Shown here one piece after another: positions 8,160 through 15,322 of a DNA stretch of 64,000 nucleotides. The notes below the pieces were generated by a model, which was not told the DNA's origin, ran no database searches, and was given only the letters and a program-made list of their open reading frames with translations. The position numbers were made by a program, and so were the translations under genes. The DNA is taken from IMG/VR virus record IMGVR_UViG_3300045988_115849; one strand, 5' to 3'. Source of the stretch: a virus. Position 1 is the stretch's first letter. The number at the start of each line of letters is the position of its first letter.

Positions 8160-8795
8160 ATGTACTCAGCATTAAGTTTTGATGAATTGAATCAAATGGA
8201 TATGAATACAAGGTCTATTCCGTATGAAAAGTATTTTGGAGAGATGGAACTTCCGAAAGAAGAAAAAGAGACAAGAATCAAACTGGCCGAGAATATGGAA
8301 GATGAATTTCTCTATGTCATGAGTCTTATGTTTACGTTGCAGAAATACCCAACACCAAATTGGGAAACTGCAAGGCAAGAGTTTTTTGACAGATACAAGA
8401 AATCTTTGAATGGGTATGTTACACCAAATGAAAATTTTTTGGCGTACATGACAGCATTATCATATGAAGTTATAGATGCTACGAAAAGGAATATTGATGA
8501 TCCTTATTACTTTTCACAGGATAGAGCAAAATTTATTTCTGAGAATGAAAGTAATGTATCAAGAAGTTTTCAATACGACTTAGAAGCAATAGCACAAGGA
8601 AAAACAAAAAAACAGTGGGTTGCAATTATGGACAAGAAAACAAGGTCCACACATAGGTCCGCTGATGGAGAGATTATAGGAATAACAGAACCATTCATTG
8701 TGGGTGGTTCTTTATTAATGTACCCAAGGGATGTGTCTTTGGGCGCAAGCTCATCTGAAATCGTAGGATGCAGATGCAGTGTTAAATACATATAG
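8160..8795 (+). CDS. Head morphogenesis protein (SPP1 gp7 / Mu F-like)
   Basis: C-terminal TRSTHRSADGEI...GCRCSV is typical of the gp7 family. Lies directly after the portal gene. Confidence 0.8.
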   Translation: MYSALSFDELNQMDMNTRSIPYEKYFGEMELPKEEKETRIKLAENMEDEFLYVMSLMFTLQKYPTPNWETARQEFFDRYKKSLNGYVTPNENFLAYMTALSYEVIDATKRNIDDPYYFSQDRAKFISENESNVSRSFQYDLEAIAQGKTKKQWVAIMDKKTRSTHRSADGEIIGITEPFIVGGSLLMYPRDVSLGASSSEIVGCRCSVKYI

Positions 8796-8902
8796 TCACA
8801 GAGAAGTGACGTTAATAAAACACGGTTGCTTAGAGAAAAGCAGAAAATAAAACACAAATTTGATTGAGAGAGAACTCATAAAAACACAGGAAGGAATTTT
8901 AT

Positions 8903-9547
8903 ATGTTTTTTTATTATTTAAAAGGTAAACGTACTGGCAGCAGAGTTAGATTTGCAGATGCACCAGATGGTGGAGAAGGAGCGCAGGTCGGAAATCTTTC
9001 AGGCAATAATGGCGGTGGTTCTGGATCAACAGAAGATGAACCTAGCACAGATGAATTACTTGCTAAAATCGCACGATTAGAAGCTGAGGGATCAAAAAAT
9101 AAAGCTGCATTAGATAAAGCCTTAAAGGAAAAAGGCGAGATCACAAAACAGTACAGATCAACATTAACAGCGCAGGAACAGGCGGCGTTAGAAAAGAAAG
9201 AGGCTGACGAAGCTAAAGATGCAAGAATCGCTGAGTTAGAAACGAAAATGCTGATTGGAGAATATACAGAAAGATGTATGGACCCTGAAATTGGCATGAG
9301 TAAAGATGCAGCGAAAAAATTTGCAGAGTCACTTGCAGGAAATGATATTGAATCAGCTTTTAAATGTCTTGCAGAACATATAAAAGTCACTAAATCCGAT
9401 ATGGAACAGGAATTTTACAAAAACAGAAAAAATATTAACGCCGGAAATGGAAATGCAAAAGAATCACTTGCAGTTGAAAAAGCAAAGGAATTTGCGAAGA
9501 ACAAAAAAGCCGGAGTTAATGCAGATATATTAAAACATTACATGTAA
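8903..9547 (+). CDS. Scaffolding protein
   Basis: Gly/Ser-rich N-terminus followed by a charged coiled coil (LLAKIARLEAEGSKNKAALDKALKEK). Lies before the capsid gene. Confidence 0.6.
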   Translation: MFFYYLKGKRTGSRVRFADAPDGGEGAQVGNLSGNNGGGSGSTEDEPSTDELLAKIARLEAEGSKNKAALDKALKEKGEITKQYRSTLTAQEQAALEKKEADEAKDARIAELETKMLIGEYTERCMDPEIGMSKDAAKKFAESLAGNDIESAFKCLAEHIKVTKSDMEQEFYKNRKNINAGNGNAKESLAVEKAKEFAKNKKAGVNADILKHYM

Positions 9548-9562
9548 GAAAGGAGACGTATC

Positions 9563-9952
9563 ATGGCAAGAGGAGATATGAAAGTAGATGTTCTTTCAGT
9601 TTCTAATGAAGTTGAAATTTTAAACAGAAAAGAATTTGAAGCAATTCCAAATACAGTAGACTTTGATGGTGTAGAAACCAAAGACGATTTAGGTAGAAAA
9701 GTTGTAAAAGCCGGTACTCCAATTGGAAAAGATGGAGCACCAATTAAAGCTACACCTTGGACTGGCGCTGTTGGAATTTTACTTCATGATGCTTATGAAA
9801 CAAGACCGCAGCAGGCAGTTTTAAAGAAAGCATATGTAAATACGACAAGAGCACAGAAAAATTCTGGATTAACATATGATCTTGCATTAGTTACAGAGTT
9901 AGAAAAGTCTGGATGCAGAATCGTATTAGAAGAACCAGAAGTCTTAGCATAA
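9563..9952 (+). CDS. Putative head decoration or accessory head protein
   Basis: 129-aa ORF between the scaffold and major capsid genes. No firm family. Confidence 0.35.
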   Translation: MARGDMKVDVLSVSNEVEILNRKEFEAIPNTVDFDGVETKDDLGRKVVKAGTPIGKDGAPIKATPWTGAVGILLHDAYETRPQQAVLKKAYVNTTRAQKNSGLTYDLALVTELEKSGCRIVLEEPEVLA

Positions 9953-9958
9953 GACAAA

Positions 9959-10019
9959 TACCGGTTATTAGAAAAGATAGATAATCGCTAACCCTCAATA
10001 GTTACAGGGTAGAAAGGAG
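9959..10019 (+). promoter_or_regulatory. Conserved two-hairpin structural-gene leader, copy 1 (capsid)
   Basis: TACC, then P1 (GGTTATT/GATAATC), then GCTAACCCTCAATAGTTACAGGGTAGAAAGGAG. The 36-nt 3' part is identical to 13851-13886. Confidence 0.6.
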
Positions 10020-10025
10020 AACAAT

Positions 10026-11096
10026 ATGTTATTAACAGACGTTTTTTCAGCGGAAGCAGTAGCACTCGCTAGAACTTCTGATGTAAGTAATTCCATGGCA
10101 TATGCCGGACTTGCTTTTTTCCCAAATAAAAAGAAAACTGGAATTGACCTGAAATGGATCAAAACACATAAAGGTCTTGGAGTTGCATTAAAACCATCTG
10201 CATTTGATGGTATGGCAACAATCCGTGCAAGAAAAGGATTCAAAGTGACAAATGAAGAAATGCCACTTTTTCGTGAATCTATGGTTGTAAAAGAACAGGA
10301 TTTAGCAGAGATCACAAGAGCTCAGGAATCCAATGATCCATACCTTAATGAAGTTTTATCTCATATCTATGATGATACAAACGAGTTAATTGATGGTGCT
10401 GATATTGCAGCCGAACGCATGAGAATGCAGTTACTTGCACCAGTAGGCGGAGATATGAAAATTGTAATCGGTACAGCTGACAATGTAGCTTACAATTACA
10501 GTTATGATCCGAACGGCGATTGGAAAGCAAAACATTATGCATCTTTAGAAGGGACAAGCACATGGGATAAAGCGGATACATCCAAACCATTAAACGATAT
10601 TCAGAAGGGTATTGATTACCTGACAAGTATCGGTGTCTCACCTATGTATGCAATGATGACTTCAAAAACATTTAACTATCTGATTGAAAACTCTCAGATC
10701 AAAAATGCTATTATTACAATTTCTGGAAGAACAATTGATTTTGTATCTAAACAAGTTGTAAAAGAAGTGTTCCAGTCTCAGACAGGACTTATCCCAATTT
10801 TATACGATAAGAAGTTTGAGGACTATGACGGTAAAGATAAGAGCTTCTATCCTGATGATTATGTAACAATCATCGGTGAAGGACAGCTTGGTAATACATG
10901 GTATGGAGTGACACCAGAGGAAAGAACATTACTTGGTGATCCTAGTGTAGATGTAAGTGTCCTTGATGATACAGGAGTTGCAATTGCTGTTAAATCTGAA
11001 TACGGACCACCAGTATCTTATTCAACTACTGCTTCTCAGATTGTTCTCCCATCTTTTGAAGGCATGGACAGCATTTATGTTATGAAAGTAAAATAG
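10026..11096 (+). CDS. Major capsid protein (lambda E / Phage_cap_E-like, tentative)
   Basis: 356 aa after the scaffold gene, with a strong RBS and the conserved leader upstream. Sequence resembles E-type capsid proteins. Confidence 0.75.
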   Translation: MLLTDVFSAEAVALARTSDVSNSMAYAGLAFFPNKKKTGIDLKWIKTHKGLGVALKPSAFDGMATIRARKGFKVTNEEMPLFRESMVVKEQDLAEITRAQESNDPYLNEVLSHIYDDTNELIDGADIAAERMRMQLLAPVGGDMKIVIGTADNVAYNYSYDPNGDWKAKHYASLEGTSTWDKADTSKPLNDIQKGIDYLTSIGVSPMYAMMTSKTFNYLIENSQIKNAIITISGRTIDFVSKQVVKEVFQSQTGLIPILYDKKFEDYDGKDKSFYPDDYVTIIGEGQLGNTWYGVTPEERTLLGDPSVDVSVLDDTGVAIAVKSEYGPPVSYSTTASQIVLPSFEGMDSIYVMKVK

Positions 11097-11109
11097 GAGA
11101 AGTTGTATT

Positions 11110-11298
11110 ATGATTTATGATCATGTAGTAAATAAAAATGGTGTGTATTATGCAGCTGGTGATGAGGTTCCGGAGGATAATGTTTCCACGGAACCTTCTG
11201 TAGAAGAATCTGTAAAAGAACAGGAAGTTCCTGTAAAAAGTGAAGAATCTACAGAAGAACCAGAAAAACCAAAAAGAGGAAGATCGCCGAAGAAATAA
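11110..11298 (+). CDS. Small acidic protein
   Basis: 62 aa, Glu/Pro/Lys-rich tail, directly after the capsid gene. Confidence 0.4.
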   Translation: MIYDHVVNKNGVYYAAGDEVPEDNVSTEPSVEESVKEQEVPVKSEESTEEPEKPKRGRSPKK

Positions 11299-11313
11299 AA
11301 TGAGGTAAAAGAA

Positions 11314-11658
11314 ATGACAGAGGAAATATTGAATGAATTAATTGAATATGCCGGAGATGATTATGAAGCAAATCAACAGTCATTTCTAAACTCATTGATT
11401 GAAGATGCAATAGAAGAAGTATGCTGTGCAATGTATCCCGGTGGATATGCTTCTGATAAAGAGTTTGAAAAACAGAAACAATCAGCTGTGAAACGATACA
11501 AAGGAAAAATAAAAAGGATAGCACAGTATCATTATGATAAACAAGGAAAAGAAGGCGTAGTCAGTTATTCAGAAAGCAGTACATCAGCTTCTTATGAAAA
11601 TTCTGGAACACCTTCTAGTTATTTGAGAGGTATTATACCTGAATCAAAAATTATCTAA
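11314..11658 (+). CDS. Head-tail connector (gp6-like)
   Basis: The N-terminal EEILNELIEYAGDDYE...LIEDAIEEV pattern is typical of gp6-like adaptors. Confidence 0.6.
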   Translation: MTEEILNELIEYAGDDYEANQQSFLNSLIEDAIEEVCCAMYPGGYASDKEFEKQKQSAVKRYKGKIKRIAQYHYDKQGKEGVVSYSESSTSASYENSGTPSSYLRGIIPESKII

Positions 11659-11765
11659 GACGGTGCGTGATGTTTGAAAAGACCTCCTATTATACATCGC
11701 AGGGAGTGCTTAAGAAGGTGGTGGGGAAAGCACATTTTATGGAGGTTATATTAAATTGGAAATAA

Positions 11766-11801
11766 ACAGGACTTTTCTATTTTGCGAAGTCCTGTTTTTT
11801 A
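11766..11801 (+). terminator. Intrinsic terminator
   Basis: 9-bp stem ACAGGACTT/AAGTCCTGT, 12-nt loop, then TTTTT. Confidence 0.7.
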
Positions 11802-11820
11802 TGCCAGAAGGGAGTCTTCA

Positions 11821-12135
11821 TTGGATAGCGAACACTTTGTTGAAACAAATACATTCGATGAGTTCAAAAGAAGAATTGAAGATGAAGATCATCGACAAAA
11901 CAGACGAATAGAAGAGCTAGAAAAATTGGCAGAAGAAATACACACGCTTGCTAAAACATCGGCAGTTATGTGTGAAAAATTAATAAACATGAATGATAAG
12001 CTTGATACAGTAAACAAAGATGTTGAATCACTGAAATCAAAAGATGGTGAAACGTGGCGAAGAGTTGTATGGACAGTTATTGCTGCAATCTTAGGTATCG
12101 TTGTTGGATTCATATTTAAAGAAATAGGAATGTAG
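11821..12135 (+). CDS. XhlA-like coiled-coil membrane protein
   Basis: TTG start 6 nt after AAGGGAG. Coiled-coil N-terminus (NRRIEELEKLAEEI) plus one C-terminal TM (VVWTVIAAILGIVVGFIF). Confidence 0.45.
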   Translation: MDSEHFVETNTFDEFKRRIEDEDHRQNRRIEELEKLAEEIHTLAKTSAVMCEKLINMNDKLDTVNKDVESLKSKDGETWRRVVWTVIAAILGIVVGFIFKEIGM

Positions 12136-12146
12136 GTGATTGTAAT

Positions 12147-12548
12147 ATGCGATCAAGGCAAAGAGACAAGCAAAATATATGGTTTTCGAAAATTTCAGAA
12201 AATCATGATGATATAGATACTGTCATTACTTATGAAAAGCCGATCATGAAAAAAATGACCGTATCATCTACAAGTGGTACTGCGGAAGAAATATCAGCGG
12301 GTATTGTTCCGAACTATGATCGCTATATTACAAGTTATGACAGATCGTTTTGCGATTATGCAGAAGAAGGTGTCGTATGTTGGGTGGATTCAGAACCAGA
12401 ATTTAATCAAGATGGGTCATTGAGAATGGAAGATGATGAAATAACGCCAGTGACAATGCCAGATTATAAGATTTTGAAAATAATTGACACAAAAAAAGGA
12501 AATATCGCAAGGTATGGAATTAGCAAAATCAAAGGAGTGTATCAATGA
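12147..12548 (+). CDS. Head-tail joining protein (putative head closure)
   Basis: 133 aa. Assigned from its position in the connector module. Stop overlaps the next start. Confidence 0.4.
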   Translation: MRSRQRDKQNIWFSKISENHDDIDTVITYEKPIMKKMTVSSTSGTAEEISAGIVPNYDRYITSYDRSFCDYAEEGVVCWVDSEPEFNQDGSLRMEDDEITPVTMPDYKILKIIDTKKGNIARYGISKIKGVYQ

Positions 12549-13054
12549 GAATCAATATTGAGCTGAGTCAAAAAAGTATTCAATCAGCAATAAAGCAAAT
12601 TGAAAATTGCAGAGATAAGCTTATTAGAAAAAACAGAGAATTTGTAAAGCGACTCGGAGAAGTTGGTATTCCTGTTATAGATTCTAATATAGCTGTTGCG
12701 GCGGGCGATTCAGACAAAACACATGATGCTTATATCAAAATCAATTCTTTTGGAGATTATGCACAAGCAACTTTGATCGTAAGTGGTAAGGATTTACTAT
12801 TTATAGAGTTTGGTGCCGGTGTGCATTACAACGGAGCTGTTGGTAGCAGCCCTCATCCGTTGGGAGCATCAAAAGGATACACGATCGGTTCTTATGGAAA
12901 AGGCAATGGAAGTAAAGATGCTTGGTATTATTACGCTGATACAGGAGAAATTGTAAAGTCGCAAGGTACACAAGCAACAATGCCAGTGTATAAAGCCGGC
13001 GTAGAAATGCGACAGCAGATGTTAAAGATAGCAAAGGAAGTATTTTCTTCTTAG
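12545..13054 (+). CDS. HK97 gp10-like neck/tail protein
   Basis: 169 aa. N-terminal pattern INIELSQKSIQSAIKQIE...FVKRLGE resembles the gp10 family. ATGA-coupled to the upstream gene. Confidence 0.5.
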   Translation: MRINIELSQKSIQSAIKQIENCRDKLIRKNREFVKRLGEVGIPVIDSNIAVAAGDSDKTHDAYIKINSFGDYAQATLIVSGKDLLFIEFGAGVHYNGAVGSSPHPLGASKGYTIGSYGKGNGSKDAWYYYADTGEIVKSQGTQATMPVYKAGVEMRQQMLKIAKEVFSS

Positions 13055-13069
13055 AAAGGAAAGATTCAT

Positions 13070-13474
13070 ATGCCTGATACAGTAAAAAATCCAGTGTCCG
13101 ATGTATATAAGCGTTGGAGTGCAGAAGTTAAAAAGGTTGTGGGTGATGGAAATTATTCATTCGAAAGAAGTCAAACTCTTGCAGCTAACAAAAAGATGTA
13201 TGCGCAAATGTTTCTTATGGGTAATCCTGGGACACGTTGGGATATAGAAGGTGACGAAGTAGCTACAATCCCAAGTTTTCAAATTGATTGTTTTGCAACA
13301 GGAACAAAAAGTGTTGAAAAGGTATATCAGATTGACGATGCAAGTCACAGAGCAATGGTATCTATGGGATTTCAACGAACATATGGACCAGAACAGCAAG
13401 ATAACACAGACAATAGTATAAAGCGTGTTGTAAGTCGTTATAGCAGAATCTACACAGGTAATTTGTTGGAGTAA
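13070..13474 (+). CDS. Putative tail terminator / tail completion protein
   Basis: 134-aa ORF upstream of the major tail gene. Assigned from position only. Confidence 0.4.
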   Translation: MPDTVKNPVSDVYKRWSAEVKKVVGDGNYSFERSQTLAANKKMYAQMFLMGNPGTRWDIEGDEVATIPSFQIDCFATGTKSVEKVYQIDDASHRAMVSMGFQRTYGPEQQDNTDNSIKRVVSRYSRIYTGNLLE

Positions 13475-13476
13475 AC

Positions 13477-13803
13477 ATGAATCTTATCTATTCAAAGAAT
13501 GAATTTAACATATATAAATCAAATGATGATGGGTACATAGTGCATAACACAAAAAAGAAATTTGCTGATGGTCATTCACACATCAGAACTTTTAATCAAT
13601 CAAGATATATCGTTGAAATGGTTACACATAAAAGAGTACCTAACCATTTATCAATATATTTGCTCACAAGCCTGATAAGAATTTCTAATGATGAGATTTA
13701 TCAGGAAAAGATACAGGGATTAATTGATTCAAAGAAAAATAGAGGTCAACGATTTTATACGAACAATATGAAAAATAAATATAAGTTTCAGAGAAATAGT
13801 TAA
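13477..13803 (+). CDS. Basic hypothetical protein (moron-like)
   Basis: 108 aa, Lys/Asn/His-rich, inserted between the tail completion and major tail genes. No family recognised. Confidence 0.45.
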   Translation: MNLIYSKNEFNIYKSNDDGYIVHNTKKKFADGHSHIRTFNQSRYIVEMVTHKRVPNHLSIYLLTSLIRISNDEIYQEKIQGLIDSKKNRGQRFYTNNMKNKYKFQRNS

Positions 13804-13829
13804 TAACAGATATTTCTGTTTAGATATTA

Positions 13830-13886
13830 AACCGGTCATGAAAAATCATGATCGCTAACCCTCAATAGTTACAGGGTAGAAAGGAG
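13830..13886 (+). promoter_or_regulatory. Conserved two-hairpin structural-gene leader, copy 2 (major tail)
   Basis: AACC, then P1 (GGTCATGA/TCATGATC, loop AAAA), then the identical 36-nt box ending in AGGAG, 7 nt before ATG 13894. Confidence 0.6.
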
Positions 13887-13893
13887 TTTGATT

Positions 13894-14379
13894 ATGAGTG
13901 GTGTAGCCGGAATAAGTACAGTCGGTGTAAAAGTTGGATATGCAGTAGAAACTACAGCAGGAACAAAACCGGCAAAATTTAAACAGCTTCATCGTATCAA
14001 TGCCACGGATGATATTGGAATTGATACAGAGACAATCGATGCATCAGCATTAGAAGATGAAGTTGATAAAGAGATTGCAGGTAGAGGGTCAACAGGTGGA
14101 ACATTTAATGTCACTGTCAACTTAACGAACGAGACAGTTAAAGAATGGGAAACTTTGATCAGTGAATACAAAACAGGAAAAGCAGCAGGAAAAGCCGTAT
14201 GGTATGAAGAATATTACCCGGCACTTGATAAGGCATATTTCACAAAGATTGAGCCACCAGCACAGTTACCTAAGCCGGGGCTTGATCAGAATGGATTAGC
14301 AACCGTTGAAATGACATTGACAATCAACGAGTATGTCGGTCTTGATACCGCAGTAGAACCAGACGATACAGAAGTGTAA
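13894..14379 (+). CDS. Major tail protein
   Basis: 161 aa, with a strong RBS and the conserved leader upstream. Sequence is typical of siphophage major tail proteins. I prefer ATG 13894 to TTG 13888. Confidence 0.75.
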   Translation: MSGVAGISTVGVKVGYAVETTAGTKPAKFKQLHRINATDDIGIDTETIDASALEDEVDKEIAGRGSTGGTFNVTVNLTNETVKEWETLISEYKTGKAAGKAVWYEEYYPALDKAYFTKIEPPAQLPKPGLDQNGLATVEMTLTINEYVGLDTAVEPDDTEV

Positions 14380-14401
14380 TTTGAATGAATAGGAGGCAAA
14401 C

Positions 14402-14881
14402 ATGTATAAAGTATTAAAAATTGGTGGAAAAGATTATAAGCTTGAATACACAGTTGAAGCATCATTATATGACGATTGTGTATCAAGCGTAACTTCATTG
14501 ATGGTAGGAATCAGTGAATCAGAAGATAAAAATGATATTAAGAAGCTCGTAAAAGAAATTTCCAATATTCCAAAGACAACATTAATAATCTTTTATGCAG
14601 GGCTTCTTGAAGCACATGGACCAGAGGGAGATGGAACAGTTTCTGATCTTAAAGATGCAAAATCTCTTATTAGAACATATCTTGAAGAACATAAAGATGA
14701 TGAAGATGGAAATTTCTATGGGATCATGACTCTTTGTATTGAAAAGATGGGCGAAGATAATTTTTTCGATCTAATCGGTCTGAACAAGATGTTAGGGATC
14801 GAACCAGAACAGAAGAAAGAACCAAAGAAACCTCAGGATCACAAAAAGAAAACAGCGAAAGCAGAAGTTACAGAGAAATAA
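14402..14881 (+). CDS. Tail assembly chaperone (G-like)
   Basis: 159 aa between the major tail and tape-measure genes, with an acidic C-terminus. Contains the slippery heptamer. Confidence 0.6.
   Translation: MYKVLKIGGKDYKLEYTVEASLYDDCVSSVTSLMVGISESEDKNDIKKLVKEISNIPKTTLIIFYAGLLEAHGPEGDGTVSDLKDAKSLIRTYLEEHKDDEDGNFYGIMTLCIEKMGEDNFFDLIGLNKMLGIEPEQKKEPKKPQDHKKKTAKAEVTEK
14761..14767 (+). promoter_or_regulatory. -1 programmed frameshift slippery heptamer T_TTT_TTC
   Basis: In the zero frame it reads AAT TTT TTC. The -1 frame opens exactly here, after TAA at 14758-14760, and stays open to 15246. Confidence 0.6.
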
Positions 14882-15246
14882 TACTTGATACATTGTTTCC
14901 TCAGGCTGTAAAAGCCGGAATGACAAAAGATGAATTTTTTCACTCCACTCCAAAAGAAATTGGTGTATACATAAATGCATACAAAGAACAGAAAGAATAT
15001 GAATTGAAAAGTACAAATTATCAATCATGGTTAACAGGTTCTTATGTGTTGCAAGCGATTAATTGTGCTTTTTCTAAAAATGGGAATTATCCAGAAAACC
15101 CATTGCTAAAAGAAGAAAAAAGTATTGAATCAATTGAAAAGAGAAGTGGAAGAAGTAAAGAAGAAATGCAACAAGAATTAAGACTTATGGAACTCAGAGT
15201 TATGCAAGCAAATGCAAATATAGAAAAGATAGGGGCAGACGAATGA
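14761..15246 (+). CDS. Tail chaperone -1 frame extension (GT-like fusion part)
   Basis: The -1 frame is open from the slip site. The track ORF 14893-15246 has only a TTG start and no RBS, consistent with expression by frameshifting. Confidence 0.55.
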   Translation, partial: FFRSNRSEQDVRDRTRTEERTKETSGSQKENSESRSYREIILDTLFPQAVKAGMTKDEFFHSTPKEIGVYINAYKEQKEYELKSTNYQSWLTGSYVLQAINCAFSKNGNYPENPLLKEEKSIESIEKRSGRSKEEMQQELRLMELRVMQANANIEKIGADE

Positions 15247-15266
15247 TTCTGCCCTTTATTTTTTTA
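15233..15266 (+). terminator. Intrinsic terminator overlapping the chaperone stop codon
   Basis: Stem GGGCAGA/TCTGCCC, 8-nt loop, then TTTATTTTTTT. Confidence 0.7.
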
Positions 15267-15317
15267 TACCGGCTGACCGTATGAGATCAGCCGCTGACCT
15301 TATTAGTTGGAGGTGAA
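15267..15317 (+). promoter_or_regulatory. Structural-gene leader, copy 3 (tape measure; variant)
   Basis: TACC, then P1 (GGCTGA/TCAGCC), then GCTGACCTTATTAGTTGGAGGTGAA, 5 nt before ATG 15323. Confidence 0.55.
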
Positions 15318-15322
15318 TTAAA

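Noticed and set aside
9950-9955. A third TAAGAC that coincides with a stop codon (end of 9563-9952), as another copy of the 27-nt box
   Set aside because: Only the hexamer matches. The ATGATACACAATAAGACC part and the downstream terminator are absent.
13807-13820. ACAGATATTTCTGT as an extra repressor operator in the late region
   Set aside because: The half-sites resemble the switch operators, but the half-site length and spacing differ (14 nt versus 16 nt). A single copy could arise by chance in AT-rich DNA.
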